From assembly GCA_051746665.1 (NCBI GenBank), contig JBNJFG010000003.1, forward strand, positions 474 through 64,473: a stretch of DNA of 64,000 nt. The letters run 5' to 3'. The notes below the pieces were generated by a model. That model saw only the letters and a list, made by a program, of their open reading frames with translations. It did no database searches and was not told the origin of the DNA. This DNA is from Bacillota bacterium (GTDB taxonomy: Bacteria > Bacillota > Halanaerobiia > Halanaerobiales > Halanaerobiaceae). The translations under genes and the position numbers were made by a program. Positions 47,153 through 56,857 of the stretch are shown one piece after another (position 1 is the first letter of the stretch; the number at the start of each line of letters is the position of its first letter).

Positions 47153-48250
47153 ATGAAGTTAGATCTTAATTTAAATATTGAACAAAAGCAAGAGTTAGTA
47201 ATGACAACTCAACTGCAGATGTCTATTGAAATTCTTCAATATAGTAGTCTTGAATTAAAAGATTATATCGAAGAAGAAATGAAAGAAAATCCTTTACTCG
47301 ATATGTTAGAATCACAAAGGGATATGAATTATAGAGAATCAACTTTTAATTCCGTTAGAAAAAATGAGATAGAATATGAGAACTTTGTTGCTTATCAGCC
47401 TGATTTTTGTGAACATTTAGAAAATCAACTTTTTGAAGTGTTGAGCGATCAAGAAATAGAGTTGGGAAAATTTATTGTAGGTAGTTTAAATGAAAGCGGA
47501 GAATTAACTACAGATCTAGAAACAATTACTAATATTTTTAGTCAGGAAGGATTTAATCAAGCTGAAATAGAAGCAGTATATCAAAAAATTAAAAAACTAG
47601 ATATTAATTATGACAGTAGTTTTGCATCCTGTAAAGCAGAATATATAGATCCTGATTTAATTGTCAAAAAAGAAGAAGGTGAATTTTATATAGAAGAAAA
47701 AAATACTGCTTATCCAACTGTTACAATAAGTTCTTATTATTATAATTTACTCAAAAATCAGGATGATGATAAGATTAGTGATTATTTAAAAGAAAAATAT
47801 CAAGCGGCTGTCTGGTTAATTAAAAGTATAGAACAGCGTAAGAATACTATCAGAAAAATTACTAAAGCAATTTTAAAAAAACAGATGGACTTTTTTGAAA
47901 ATGGTTTAAAAGATTTAAAGGTATTAACAATGGAAGAAGTTGCTGAGGAAATTGAAATGCATGAATCAACAGTTAGTCGGGCAACAACTGCTAAATATTT
48001 ACAGACTCCACATGGAGTTTTTAGTTTGAAATTTTTTTTCAACAGTGGCATTGATGGCGTATCTTCAGTAAGTATCAAAGCAATGTTGAGTGAAGAAATT
48101 GAAGCTGAAGATAAAGCGCATCCGCTTAGTGATAGTAAACTTGCAAAAATATTTATTGAAAAATACGGATTGGATATTTCTCGTAGAACAGTTGCTAAAT
48201 ATAGAAAATCTTTAGGTATTAAAAGTTCGCGTCAGCGAAAAAATGAATAA
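47153..48250 (+). CDS. rpoN: RNA polymerase sigma-54 factor (short form)
   Basis: Region I QKQELVMTTQLQMSIEILQYSSLEL...NPLL; HESTVSRA..KY; RpoN box SRRTVAKYR. Confidence 0.9.
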   Translation: MKLDLNLNIEQKQELVMTTQLQMSIEILQYSSLELKDYIEEEMKENPLLDMLESQRDMNYRESTFNSVRKNEIEYENFVAYQPDFCEHLENQLFEVLSDQEIELGKFIVGSLNESGELTTDLETITNIFSQEGFNQAEIEAVYQKIKKLDINYDSSFASCKAEYIDPDLIVKKEEGEFYIEEKNTAYPTVTISSYYYNLLKNQDDDKISDYLKEKYQAAVWLIKSIEQRKNTIRKITKAILKKQMDFFENGLKDLKVLTMEEVAEEIEMHESTVSRATTAKYLQTPHGVFSLKFFFNSGIDGVSSVSIKAMLSEEIEAEDKAHPLSDSKLAKIFIEKYGLDISRRTVAKYRKSLGIKSSRQRKNE

Positions 48251-48280
48251 AATCTGTTAGATTTTGTTTAGTATCTTTTC

Positions 48281-48309
48281 TTGACAAGTTTATTAAACTA
48301 TGTTAGAGT
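48281..48309 (+). promoter_or_regulatory. Sigma-A promoter upstream of SAM riboswitch
   Basis: TTGACA-17 nt-TAGAGT with TG extension. Confidence 0.65.
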
Positions 48310-48326
48310 TATAAAAAAATAATAAA

Positions 48327-48428
48327 ACTTATCCAGAGAGGTGGAGGGACTGGCCCTTTGAAACCCAGCAACCAACAGTTAAAACTGTCCGGTGCTAATT
48401 CCAGCAGGATCATTCCTGAGAGATAAGG
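48327..48428 (+). ncRNA. SAM-I (S-box) riboswitch
   Basis: cttATCcAGAGaggtgGAGGGActGGCCCtttGAAacCcaGCAACC...GGTGCtAAtTCCagcag...ctgagAGATaag consensus; upstream of met genes. Confidence 0.93.
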
Positions 48429-48440
48429 AGCAGATAAATT

Positions 48441-48480
48441 ACCCACTCCTATATTTACTTAGGAAGTGGGATTTTTTTAT
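48441..48480 (+). terminator. Riboswitch expression-platform terminator
   Basis: cccactccta...taggaagtggg followed by a T tract. Confidence 0.75.
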
Positions 48481-48591
48481 TTACTGCAATTTTTCATCTT
48501 AAAAGACTTATTGAGCAGCAGGTAGTTAGGAAAATTAAGCGTACTATTTTAAATTAAAATTTGAGCAGCGAAAATTTGAGGAGGAAATTAA

Positions 48592-49869
48592 ATGACATTA
48601 AGATTTGAGACTTTGGCATTACATGCAGGCTATGATGCAGACAAAAATAGAAAAGCAGCAGCAGTCCCTATTTATCAGACAACTTCTTATTTATTTGAGA
48701 GTACTGAACATGCGGCAGATTTATTTGCTTTAAAAGCAGAAGGTGATATTTATAGTAGGATTCAGAACCCAAGTAATTCAGTATTAGAAAAAAGAATTGC
48801 GGCCCTGGAAGGTGGAGTTGGAGCATTGGCAGTTTCTTCAGGTCAGGCAGCAGAAGTTATAGCGCTTTTAACTATCTGTAGTAATGGCGATCATATAGTA
48901 AGTGGTAGTTCTATTTATGGGGGAACTCATAATTTATTTAAACACAGATTTAAAAATATGGGTATTGATGTTAGTTTTGTAGATTCAGAGGATCCAGCAA
49001 GCTTCAAAAATGAAATTCGGGAAAACACTAAAGCTTTATATATTGAAACTATTGGTAATCCCTCGTTAGTTGTGCCAGATTTTAAAAAATTAGCAGAAAT
49101 AGCTCATCAGGCAGGCATACCATTAATAGTTGATAATACTTTTGCTTCACCATATCTGGCTAAACCTTTTGAATATGGTGCAGATATAGTTGTTCATTCA
49201 ACAACTAAATACATATCTGGACATGGCAATTCTATTGGTGGTGTAATAGTTGATAGTGGCAATTTTGATTGGGATACAGGTAGATTTCCTGAACTTATTG
49301 AGCCTGATCCAAGTTATCATGGGGTTAAATTTCAAGAAGAGTTTGGAAAGGCAGCTTTTATAACTAAGGCCAGAGTTCAGCTTTTAAGAGATTTAGGAAG
49401 CTCCCCCAGTCCCTTTAATTCATTTTTAACTATTACCGGTCTGGAAACTCTGCCCTTAAGAATGAAACAGCATTCTCAAAACGCTCAAGCAGCTGCAGAA
49501 TTTTTAGAGGCTGATGATCGAGTTGAGTGGGTTAGTTATCCGGGTTTGAAAAGTCATAAATCATATCAAAATGCTAAAAAATATCTTAAAAACGGTAATG
49601 GAGGAATGGTTGCTTTTGGTATCAAAGGTGGTAAAGCAGCAGCTGAGAAGTTTATTAATCACTTAGAATTATTTCTGCATCTGGCTAATGTTGGAGATAC
49701 TAAATCTTTAGCAATTCATCCAGCCAGCACCACTCATCAGCAGCTAAATGAAGAGGACTTAAGGAAAACTGGAATTTCACCTGAATTAATAAGGCTTTCA
49801 ATTGGAATTGAAGATATAGAAGATATTAAAGATGATTTAGATCAAGCATTAACAGCATCTCAAAAATAA
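48592..49869 (+). CDS. metY: O-acetylhomoserine sulfhydrylase
   Basis: [24 protein letters not shown] (PLP Lys), [20 protein letters not shown]. Confidence 0.9.
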   Translation: MTLRFETLALHAGYDADKNRKAAAVPIYQTTSYLFESTEHAADLFALKAEGDIYSRIQNPSNSVLEKRIAALEGGVGALAVSSGQAAEVIALLTICSNGDHIVSGSSIYGGTHNLFKHRFKNMGIDVSFVDSEDPASFKNEIRENTKALYIETIGNPSLVVPDFKKLAEIAHQAGIPLIVDNTFASPYLAKPFEYGADIVVHSTTKYISGHGNSIGGVIVDSGNFDWDTGRFPELIEPDPSYHGVKFQEEFGKAAFITKARVQLLRDLGSSPSPFNSFLTITGLETLPLRMKQHSQNAQAAAEFLEADDRVEWVSYPGLKSHKSYQNAKKYLKNGNGGMVAFGIKGGKAAAEKFINHLELFLHLANVGDTKSLAIHPASTTHQQLNEEDLRKTGISPELIRLSIGIEDIEDIKDDLDQALTASQK

Positions 49870-49971
49870 ATATTATTTATAAATTAACGACTAAGTTTAA
49901 AAGAGGAAGTCTTCTGAAATTTAGGGGCTTTCTCTTTAAAAATATTTATTAGAATATTGGAGTGGTATAAA

Positions 49972-50889
49972 ATGCCTATCAAAATAGAAAATGATTTACC
50001 AGCAGTTGAAACACTAGAAAATGAAAATATATTTGTTATGAAAGAAACCCGAGCGACTCATCAGGATATAAGATCCTTAAAAATATTAATTTTAAATCTA
50101 ATGCCTACAAAAATAAAAACCGAAACCCAAATTTTACGTTTGATTTCTAATACTCCTCTGCAGGTAGAAGTGGATTTAATGCATCCTGCTACTCACAAGT
50201 CAAAAAATACTTCTGAAAAACATTTAATTAAATTTTATAATACATTTGATGAAATTAAAGAGAATAAATATGATGGAATGATAATTACAGGTGCTCCAAT
50301 TGAAACTCTAGAATTTGAAGAAGTAGACTATTGGGAAGAACTTAAGCAGATTATGGATTGGAGCCTGCACCATGTTTTTTCTACTTTTCATATCTGCTGG
50401 GGCAGCCAGGCAGCACTTCATCATCACTATGGAATCGAAAAATACCCTTTAAATAGTAAAATGTTTGGTGTTTTTAAACATTACAAAAAAGAAAAACATG
50501 TGAAACTAATGCGAGGATTTGATGATTTGTTTTACGTTCCTCATTCCCGTCATACTGAAATAAGAAAAGCAGATATAGAAAAAGTTGATGAATTAAATAT
50601 TTTATCAGAATCAAAAGAAGCCGGAATATATTTACTAGAAAGCAGAAATGGCAGGCAGATATTTGCAACCGGTCATTCGGAATATGACAGAGAAAGTTTA
50701 GAAAATGAATATTTAAGAGATAAAGAAAAAGGTTTAGATATTAAAGTTCCTAAAAATTATTTTAGAAATGATAATCCAGAAAATGAAATTTTAATGCGCT
50801 GGCACAGCCATGCTAACCTTTTATTTTTTAACTGGTTAAATTATTATGTTTATCAAGAAACTCCTTTTGATTTAAATAAATTAAAGTAA
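49972..50889 (+). CDS. metA: Homoserine O-acyltransferase (MetA family, acetyl-type)
   Basis: LNLMP.KI.TE.Q, ICWGSQA, PHSRH, GHSEY; GAPIE has Glu at the acetyl/succinyl determinant position. Confidence 0.9.
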   Translation: MPIKIENDLPAVETLENENIFVMKETRATHQDIRSLKILILNLMPTKIKTETQILRLISNTPLQVEVDLMHPATHKSKNTSEKHLIKFYNTFDEIKENKYDGMIITGAPIETLEFEEVDYWEELKQIMDWSLHHVFSTFHICWGSQAALHHHYGIEKYPLNSKMFGVFKHYKKEKHVKLMRGFDDLFYVPHSRHTEIRKADIEKVDELNILSESKEAGIYLLESRNGRQIFATGHSEYDRESLENEYLRDKEKGLDIKVPKNYFRNDNPENEILMRWHSHANLLFFNWLNYYVYQETPFDLNKLK

Positions 50890-50905
50890 AAAATAAAGCT
50901 CGATT

Positions 50906-50938
50906 AAGGCCCCTCAGTAATTAGTCTGAGGGGTTTTT
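50906..50938 (+). terminator. Intrinsic terminator
   Basis: gcccctcag-taattagt-ctgaggggt followed by tttt. Confidence 0.75.
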
Positions 50939-51068
50939 AAATTTAATAATCATTAATTTATTAATTTTTAAGAAGACGAAAAAAAGAGATTTAAAGAAAT
51001 AGATCACAAATATTTAACTGAAAAAAATAAATATTTTACAAATTTAATCAAAAAACATAAAAAACAGC

Positions 51069-51097
51069 TTGAATTGTCTGTAAATTTGCGCTATAAT
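51069..51097 (+). promoter_or_regulatory. Sigma-A promoter of oligosaccharide operon
   Basis: TTGAAT-17 nt-TATAAT; possible LacI-type site agaaatcgtttt just downstream. Confidence 0.55.
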
Positions 51098-51291
51098 TAA
51101 TTTAAGAAATCGTTTTAGTAAGTTTTAGTATTGATTTATCAAATCTTTAATTTCTAATAATTAACTATAATTTAATTACAATTAATTCAATACTAATTTT
51201 TTTCACTTTTACTTTTTATAAATTTATAATCCCTTAAGATAAAAGAAGAGTGAAATTTTTAAGACAAAATAATTTAAAGGGGTGTTTATTA

Positions 51292-52971
51292 ATGATTAAT
51301 TTTGGTAAAAAAGTTTTGGTTTTAACTCTTGTGTTTCTGTTTTTAGTTGGAGGAATTTCTTTAGCTCAAGATCTTCCTAGAGAAGAGACCTTAGTAGTTT
51401 CTGGAGCAATGTGGTCACCTCCATCAACCTGGAATGTTTTAATTCCTAATCCAACTCCGGGTACCGGTGGTTTAGTTTATGAAACAATGTTTTCGTATAA
51501 TCCGATAAAAGATGAATACAAACCCTGGCTTGCTGAGAGTGGAGAGTGGGTAAGTGACAACGAATACGTTCTTAATTTAAGAGAAGGTATTAACTGGCAT
51601 GATGGTGAGGAACTTAATGCCGAAGATGTTGTCTTTACTTATGAAATAGCAAAGGAAGGTAATGTCTTTTATTCTCCAATCTGGAATTGGATGGAATCAG
51701 TTAAAGCTGAAGATAATTACACAGTAAGATTTACTTTTAGCGAACCTCATTATGCAGAATGGGATGCTGAACTTTATGAACGTTATATTATTCCTGAGCA
51801 TATCTGGAGTGAGATTCCTAGTGATGAAATTATTACTAAGACTATGAAAGATCCAGTTGGTACAGGTTCTTATATGGCTAAAGAAGTTGGACAGGATAGA
51901 ATGGTCTGGGAAAGAAATGATGACTGGTGGGGTAATGAAGTGTTTGGTCAGCCTAAACCCAGATATATTGTAGATCTTGTCAACCAGAGTAATAACATTA
52001 TTATGGGTATGTTAATGAAAGGTGAGCTTGATTTAAGTAATAACTTTATTCCTGGTATTCAGAGAGTAAAGGATCAATTTGGTTTAAAAACCTGGTATAA
52101 CGAAGAGCCTTACATGCTTTCTTTTAATACTGCTTTAATGTATATGAATACTTTAAGAGAGCCAATGGATGATAGACAATTTAGAAGAGCAATGGCTTTT
52201 ATGGTTAATCAGCAGAATATTGTAGATCGTGTTTATGGTGGTTTAGTAGAAGCAGCTAACCCTACAGGTTTATTTGGAGAAGGTTGGGAAGCTTATTTAG
52301 ACGAAGAAGTTGTTGAAAATTATGGCTTTGAATATAATCCAACTAAAGCTAAAGCATTATTAGATGATGCTGGTTATGTAGATCAAGATGGTGATGGCTG
52401 GAGAGATATGCCAAATGGTGATCCACTTGAATTGAAGATAATGGTTCCAAGTGGTTGGACTGACTGGATGGAAGCAATCAGATCTATTGCATCTGATGCA
52501 GAAGAAATCGGATTAAATATCAACCCTGATTTCCCAGATGGTTCTCTATTCGATAATAGACGCTTTACTAGAAATTTTGATATGATGATTGGTGTTTTCC
52601 AGACAACATTATCTTCAACACCATTTGATTACTGGAATGGAGTAGCAAACAGCAATATTGATGGAGAACAGATTAATAGTGGTAACTGGGGAGCTTATGA
52701 TAATTCTGAGTTATTCCAAAAAATTGATCAGTTTAACATGACACGTGATGAAGCAGTTAAACAGGAATTAGCTTCTGAAATACAAGAAATATTATTAAAA
52801 GAAATGCCAAGTGTACCTCTCTGGCACAATGGACTTTGGGGACAGCAAACAACTCAATACTGGACAAACTGGCCTAGTGAAGAGGATCCATATGGTATTC
52901 CAGTTAGCTGGGGTAATTTCTATCAATTAGGTATGATCGATACTTTAATTGGGATTGAGCCAGTTGAGTAA
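51292..52971 (+). CDS. Family 5 ABC solute-binding protein (beta-gluco-oligosaccharide type)
   Basis: LPREETL, YETMF.YNP, WHDGE.LNAEDVVFTY, VPSGWTDW, YWTNWP; signal peptide; start at ATG after aaggggtg. Confidence 0.85.
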   Translation: MINFGKKVLVLTLVFLFLVGGISLAQDLPREETLVVSGAMWSPPSTWNVLIPNPTPGTGGLVYETMFSYNPIKDEYKPWLAESGEWVSDNEYVLNLREGINWHDGEELNAEDVVFTYEIAKEGNVFYSPIWNWMESVKAEDNYTVRFTFSEPHYAEWDAELYERYIIPEHIWSEIPSDEIITKTMKDPVGTGSYMAKEVGQDRMVWERNDDWWGNEVFGQPKPRYIVDLVNQSNNIIMGMLMKGELDLSNNFIPGIQRVKDQFGLKTWYNEEPYMLSFNTALMYMNTLREPMDDRQFRRAMAFMVNQQNIVDRVYGGLVEAANPTGLFGEGWEAYLDEEVVENYGFEYNPTKAKALLDDAGYVDQDGDGWRDMPNGDPLELKIMVPSGWTDWMEAIRSIASDAEEIGLNINPDFPDGSLFDNRRFTRNFDMMIGVFQTTLSSTPFDYWNGVANSNIDGEQINSGNWGAYDNSELFQKIDQFNMTRDEAVKQELASEIQEILLKEMPSVPLWHNGLWGQQTTQYWTNWPSEEDPYGIPVSWGNFYQLGMIDTLIGIEPVE

Positions 52972-52998
52972 AAGGAAGCAGATAAATGATTAAAAATA

Positions 52999-53028
52999 TA
53001 CAGGCTCGATATTTTTATCGGGCCTGTA
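52999..53028 (+). other. Intercistronic stem-loop after binding-protein gene
   Basis: tacaggctcgata-tttt-tatcgggcctgta. Confidence 0.55.
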
Positions 53029-53049
53029 ATTTAGAAAGGAGCATTAAAA

Positions 53050-54039
53050 ATGGGTAAATATTTAAGAAAAAAAATAGTTATTTATATAATAACTTTTATT
53101 CTGGCAGTAACAATTAACTTTTTCATACCTAGAATGATGCCTGGTGATCCAATCCAGTCACTTTTATCACGTTTTTCAGGTATGGAGGGCGGACGTGAAA
53201 TTTTAGAAGAACAATTAACTTTATTATTCAACCTTGATCAACCTTTATGGCAGCAGTATGCAAATTTTTGGAAATCAGTTTTTACGCTTGATTTTGGGAT
53301 CTCAATTATTCAATTTCCAACCCCAGTTTTAGAGATTATTAAACGGGCAATAGTATATGATATGTCAGTTTTATTACCCGCAATCATTTTAAGTTGGATC
53401 GTTGGTAATAAATTAGGAGCATTTTCTGGAACTGACAAAAGAGTAGATAATTATTCAATGCCTTTTTTCTATTTTTTAGCTTCCTCACCTTATTTTTGGA
53501 TGGCTGGAATAGTAGCCTTTTTCTTTGGAGTTCAGATTGGCTGGTTTCCGATCAGTGGAGCTTACAATTCAACTGTCTCGCCTGGTTTAAATTGGAGTTT
53601 TATAAAAAACTTTTTACACCATTGGTTTTTACCATTTTTTACTATGTTTTTAGTTCAGCTCGGAGGCTGGGCAATTGGTATGCGGAATATGATAATGTAT
53701 GAAAAAAGTTCTAATTATTCAAAGTATATGGAAACTTTAGGTTCATCCAAGAAATTAATCCGAAAATACGGATTTAGAAATGGAGTTCTACCTCAGGTAA
53801 CAGGTCTTGCTCTAAGATTAGGAAGAATAGTAGGTGGAGCAATTACAGTTCAGGTAGTATTTAACTATCCTGGTCTGGGAAGAATGCTGCTTGATGCAGT
53901 GCAAAATCAGGATTATTTTTTAATGCAGGGAATTTTCTTAACAATTGTAACAATGGTTTTAGTGGCAAACTTTATTGTAGATATAGTCTATATGTTCATT
54001 GATCCAAGAGTAAGACTGTCATTTACTGAGGAGGTGTAA
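53050..54039 (+). CDS. Opp/Dpp-family ABC permease (B)
   Basis: PRMMPGDP, LDQPLWQQY, VFNYPGLG, IDPRVR. Confidence 0.88.
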   Translation: MGKYLRKKIVIYIITFILAVTINFFIPRMMPGDPIQSLLSRFSGMEGGREILEEQLTLLFNLDQPLWQQYANFWKSVFTLDFGISIIQFPTPVLEIIKRAIVYDMSVLLPAIILSWIVGNKLGAFSGTDKRVDNYSMPFFYFLASSPYFWMAGIVAFFFGVQIGWFPISGAYNSTVSPGLNWSFIKNFLHHWFLPFFTMFLVQLGGWAIGMRNMIMYEKSSNYSKYMETLGSSKKLIRKYGFRNGVLPQVTGLALRLGRIVGGAITVQVVFNYPGLGRMLLDAVQNQDYFLMQGIFLTIVTMVLVANFIVDIVYMFIDPRVRLSFTEEV

Positions 54040-54042
54040 GCT

Positions 54043-54906
54043 GTGTTTAAAGATTTTTGGGCAAAACATGAAAATTTATATTATGCTTTATCAAATAAAA
54101 AAGTTATATTTGGACTGACAGTAGTAATCTTTGTTTTTTTACTGGCAGCTTTTGGACCGATGTTGTCTCCCTATGAGTATGGAGAATATGCTGGAGCGGG
54201 ATATTTACCGCCTTCCACTGATCATTTTTTTGGAACAACAATTGATGGAAGAGATGTATTTACCAGAACTGTTTATGGTTTGCGCTCCACCCTTTTAGTT
54301 GGTGCAATAGCTGGAACAATAGCAACATTAGTTGGTTCTGTTATTGGTTTTGTAGCCGGTTATTATGGAGGTACAATTTTTGATGAACTTTTAATGATGT
54401 TAACAAATATTTTTGTTGTTATTCCTCAATTGGCGCTGTTGATTGTAATTGCAGCTTTTTTGGAGGTGCGGGGAGTAGTAATTATGGCAGTTATCGTATC
54501 CTTAACAGCCTGGCCCTGGACTGCAAGAGCTGTTAGATCACAAACACTTTCCTTAAAAAATGAAGAATATGTATCTTTATCAAGGATTTCCGCTGTAAGT
54601 GTTGGCAGGATTTTAAGAGAAGATATTGCTTCCAACATGTTTTCTTATGTGTTTATGGTTTTTATTCAGCAGTTTAACTCGACAATGCTGGCTACAGTTC
54701 AGCTTGAGTTTTTAGGTCTCGGCCCTACAAAAGGTATTTCTTTAGGTCTTGTGATGCAGAATGCTGTTAACTGGAATGGAATTCAACTTGGTATGTGGTG
54801 GTGGGCAATAATCCCTGGTTTGATTTTAGCAGTTTTGATTACCGCACTTTATTTTGTGAATACAGGATTAGATGCAGCCTTTAACCCACGTTTGAGGGAG
54901 ATGTAA
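54043..54906 (+). CDS. Opp/Dpp-family ABC permease (C)
   Basis: HFFGTT..GRDVF, WPWTARAVRSQ, WWW.IIPG, NPRLR. Confidence 0.88.
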   Translation: MFKDFWAKHENLYYALSNKKVIFGLTVVIFVFLLAAFGPMLSPYEYGEYAGAGYLPPSTDHFFGTTIDGRDVFTRTVYGLRSTLLVGAIAGTIATLVGSVIGFVAGYYGGTIFDELLMMLTNIFVVIPQLALLIVIAAFLEVRGVVIMAVIVSLTAWPWTARAVRSQTLSLKNEEYVSLSRISAVSVGRILREDIASNMFSYVFMVFIQQFNSTMLATVQLEFLGLGPTKGISLGLVMQNAVNWNGIQLGMWWWAIIPGLILAVLITALYFVNTGLDAAFNPRLREM

Positions 54907-54909
54907 GCA

Positions 54910-55902
54910 ATGCGCGAAAATATATTAGAAGTTAAAAACTTAAAAGCATATTATGATATTTTAAAAGGACAGGTTAAAGCAGTAGATAATGTAACATTTA
55001 ACTTAAAAAACGGTGAGATTTTAGGTCTGGCAGGAGAATCTGGCTGTGGTAAAAGTACTCTGGCCAGCAGTTTTATTTCCAGAAAAAAACCCCTAAAATA
55101 TGTTTCAGGTGATGTTGACCTGGTCGGCCATAAAATTATGGAGATGGATGAAAAAGAATTTAAAAAGCTTCGTTTAAGAACAATTTCTTTGATTCCACAG
55201 TATGCACTTGATGCTTTTTCTCCAACCAAAAAGATCAAAACATACATCGCAGATCTGGCGAGAGAGCAGGGAGTAAAAACAGATAAGAAATTTTTTGATA
55301 AGGTTAAAGAACGTCTGGATCTGGTAAACCTTGATCCATCTGTTTTAAATAGATATTCGATCGAGTTATCAGGTGGAATGAAGCAGAGAGTTATTATGGT
55401 TATTTCTACAATTTTAGATCCTGAATTTCTAATTGCAGATGAAATCACCTCAGCTTTAGATGTAAGTTCACAGCGTTTTGTAGCAACTATGCTTGCTAAT
55501 TTAAGGGATTTAGAAATTATTAAATCAGCTATTTTTATAACTCACGATTTATCTATTCTTTATCAGATAGCAGATCGAATCATGATCATGTATGCTGGTA
55601 ATTTTGCAGAAATTGGACCAACAGATGAGATTGTTGATAATCCCCGCCATCCTTATACCAGATCTCTTATTGATTCTTTACCAAAGGTAGGTATTCAGTA
55701 TAAAGATAAAAAACTTGCTGGGATTGATGGAACACCACCGCATTTATTAAATATTGGAGAAGGTTGTCGTTTTAGACAGCGCTGTCCCTATGCTGTAGAT
55801 AAGTGTGAAGAAACTCCAAAAAGAGAGCAGGTAGCAGAAGATCATTATGTATCCTGCTGGAGATGGAAAGAGTTAGGGAGTGATTTAAGTGGCAAAAAAT
55901 AA
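54910..55902 (+). CDS. Opp/Dpp-family ABC ATPase (D)
   Basis: GESGCGKST, LSGGMKQR, IADEITSALDV, HPYT, C-terminal CRF..RCP. Confidence 0.9.
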   Translation: MRENILEVKNLKAYYDILKGQVKAVDNVTFNLKNGEILGLAGESGCGKSTLASSFISRKKPLKYVSGDVDLVGHKIMEMDEKEFKKLRLRTISLIPQYALDAFSPTKKIKTYIADLAREQGVKTDKKFFDKVKERLDLVNLDPSVLNRYSIELSGGMKQRVIMVISTILDPEFLIADEITSALDVSSQRFVATMLANLRDLEIIKSAIFITHDLSILYQIADRIMIMYAGNFAEIGPTDEIVDNPRHPYTRSLIDSLPKVGIQYKDKKLAGIDGTPPHLLNIGEGCRFRQRCPYAVDKCEETPKREQVAEDHYVSCWRWKELGSDLSGKK

Positions 55903-56812
55903 TGATGTTGTAATGTCAGTTAAGAATTTATCTAAGGTTTTTAAAAGTGGTATTCTAAATCCAGAATACACTGTAGCAGCTAAGGATGTTTCTTTTGATA
56001 TCGAAAAAGGCAAGATAATTTCACTAATCGGGGAAAGTGGAAGTGGAAAAACAACAGTTGGTAAATTAATTTTAAAGTTAATAAATGTTTCTGAAGGTGA
56101 AATTATATATAAAGGAAAAAATATTTCAGAAATCACAGATAAAGAGGAAACCAAAAAATATTATCGAAGAGTTCAGGGTATTTTTCAGGATCCATTTGCA
56201 ACATTTAATCCTTTATACAGAGTAGATCGGGTTTTCGATATGATCTTTGATTCTTTTGATTTAGATTTTGAAGATAAAGATAAAGCAATTAGAGATGCTC
56301 TTTACGATGTGAATTTAAATCCAGATCGGACCCTGGGTAAATTTCCTCATCAGTTAAGTGGTGGCCAGCTGCAGAGACTTTTAATTGCTCGAGCATTATT
56401 AATGGATGTAGATGTTTTAATTGCAGATGAATTAATTAGTATGTTAGATGCTTCAACTAGAATCGGTGTTTTAAACTTACTGGTCGAATCCTGCAAAAAA
56501 CATGGTATGGCAGTTATTTTTATAACTCACGATCTTAATTTGGGTTATTATATCAGTGACAAATCGCTTATTATGTACAAAGGACGTCTGGTTGAAAGAG
56601 GAGACACCAAAAAGATTTACGAAAATGCAACTCATCCTTATACTCAGATGTTATTTGAAGCTGTACCCGAAATCGGTGATCGCTGGGATCCAGATGAAGA
56701 ATTTCTACCGGAACAGGTAGTAAATGATGTTCAAAAATTCTACAAAGAAAATGAAGGTAAGGGCTTTTTAGAAATTGAAGAAGATCACAGTGTGTTATTT
56801 AGTGATAAATAA
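55889..56812 (+). CDS. Opp/Dpp-family ABC ATPase (F)
   Basis: GESGSGKTT, FQDP, LSGGQLQR, ADELISMLDAS, HPYT. Confidence 0.9.
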   Translation: MAKNNDVVMSVKNLSKVFKSGILNPEYTVAAKDVSFDIEKGKIISLIGESGSGKTTVGKLILKLINVSEGEIIYKGKNISEITDKEETKKYYRRVQGIFQDPFATFNPLYRVDRVFDMIFDSFDLDFEDKDKAIRDALYDVNLNPDRTLGKFPHQLSGGQLQRLLIARALLMDVDVLIADELISMLDASTRIGVLNLLVESCKKHGMAVIFITHDLNLGYYISDKSLIMYKGRLVERGDTKKIYENATHPYTQMLFEAVPEIGDRWDPDEEFLPEQVVNDVQKFYKENEGKGFLEIEEDHSVLFSDK

Positions 56813-56857
56813 AAATTATAAAAATAATAGATTGGGTTAAATAGAGGAGGTATTTGT

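Noticed and set aside
21883-48250. Interpreting the cluster as methanogenesis, aerobic methylotrophy or archaeal contamination
   Set aside because: No mcr/mtr/mer or mxa/xox/fae in the window; bacterial SD sites, a sigma54 promoter and composition continuous with the flanks
21730-48300. C1 cluster as a recent mobile island
   Set aside because: No integrase, transposase, tRNA or flanking direct repeats seen
48511-48569. ttgagcagc repeated 50 bp apart in the metY leader
   Set aside because: 9-mer in two copies; no supporting structure
52378-52410. DQDGDGWRD calcium-binding-like loop in the family 5 binding protein
   Set aside because: Common feature of this family; not novel
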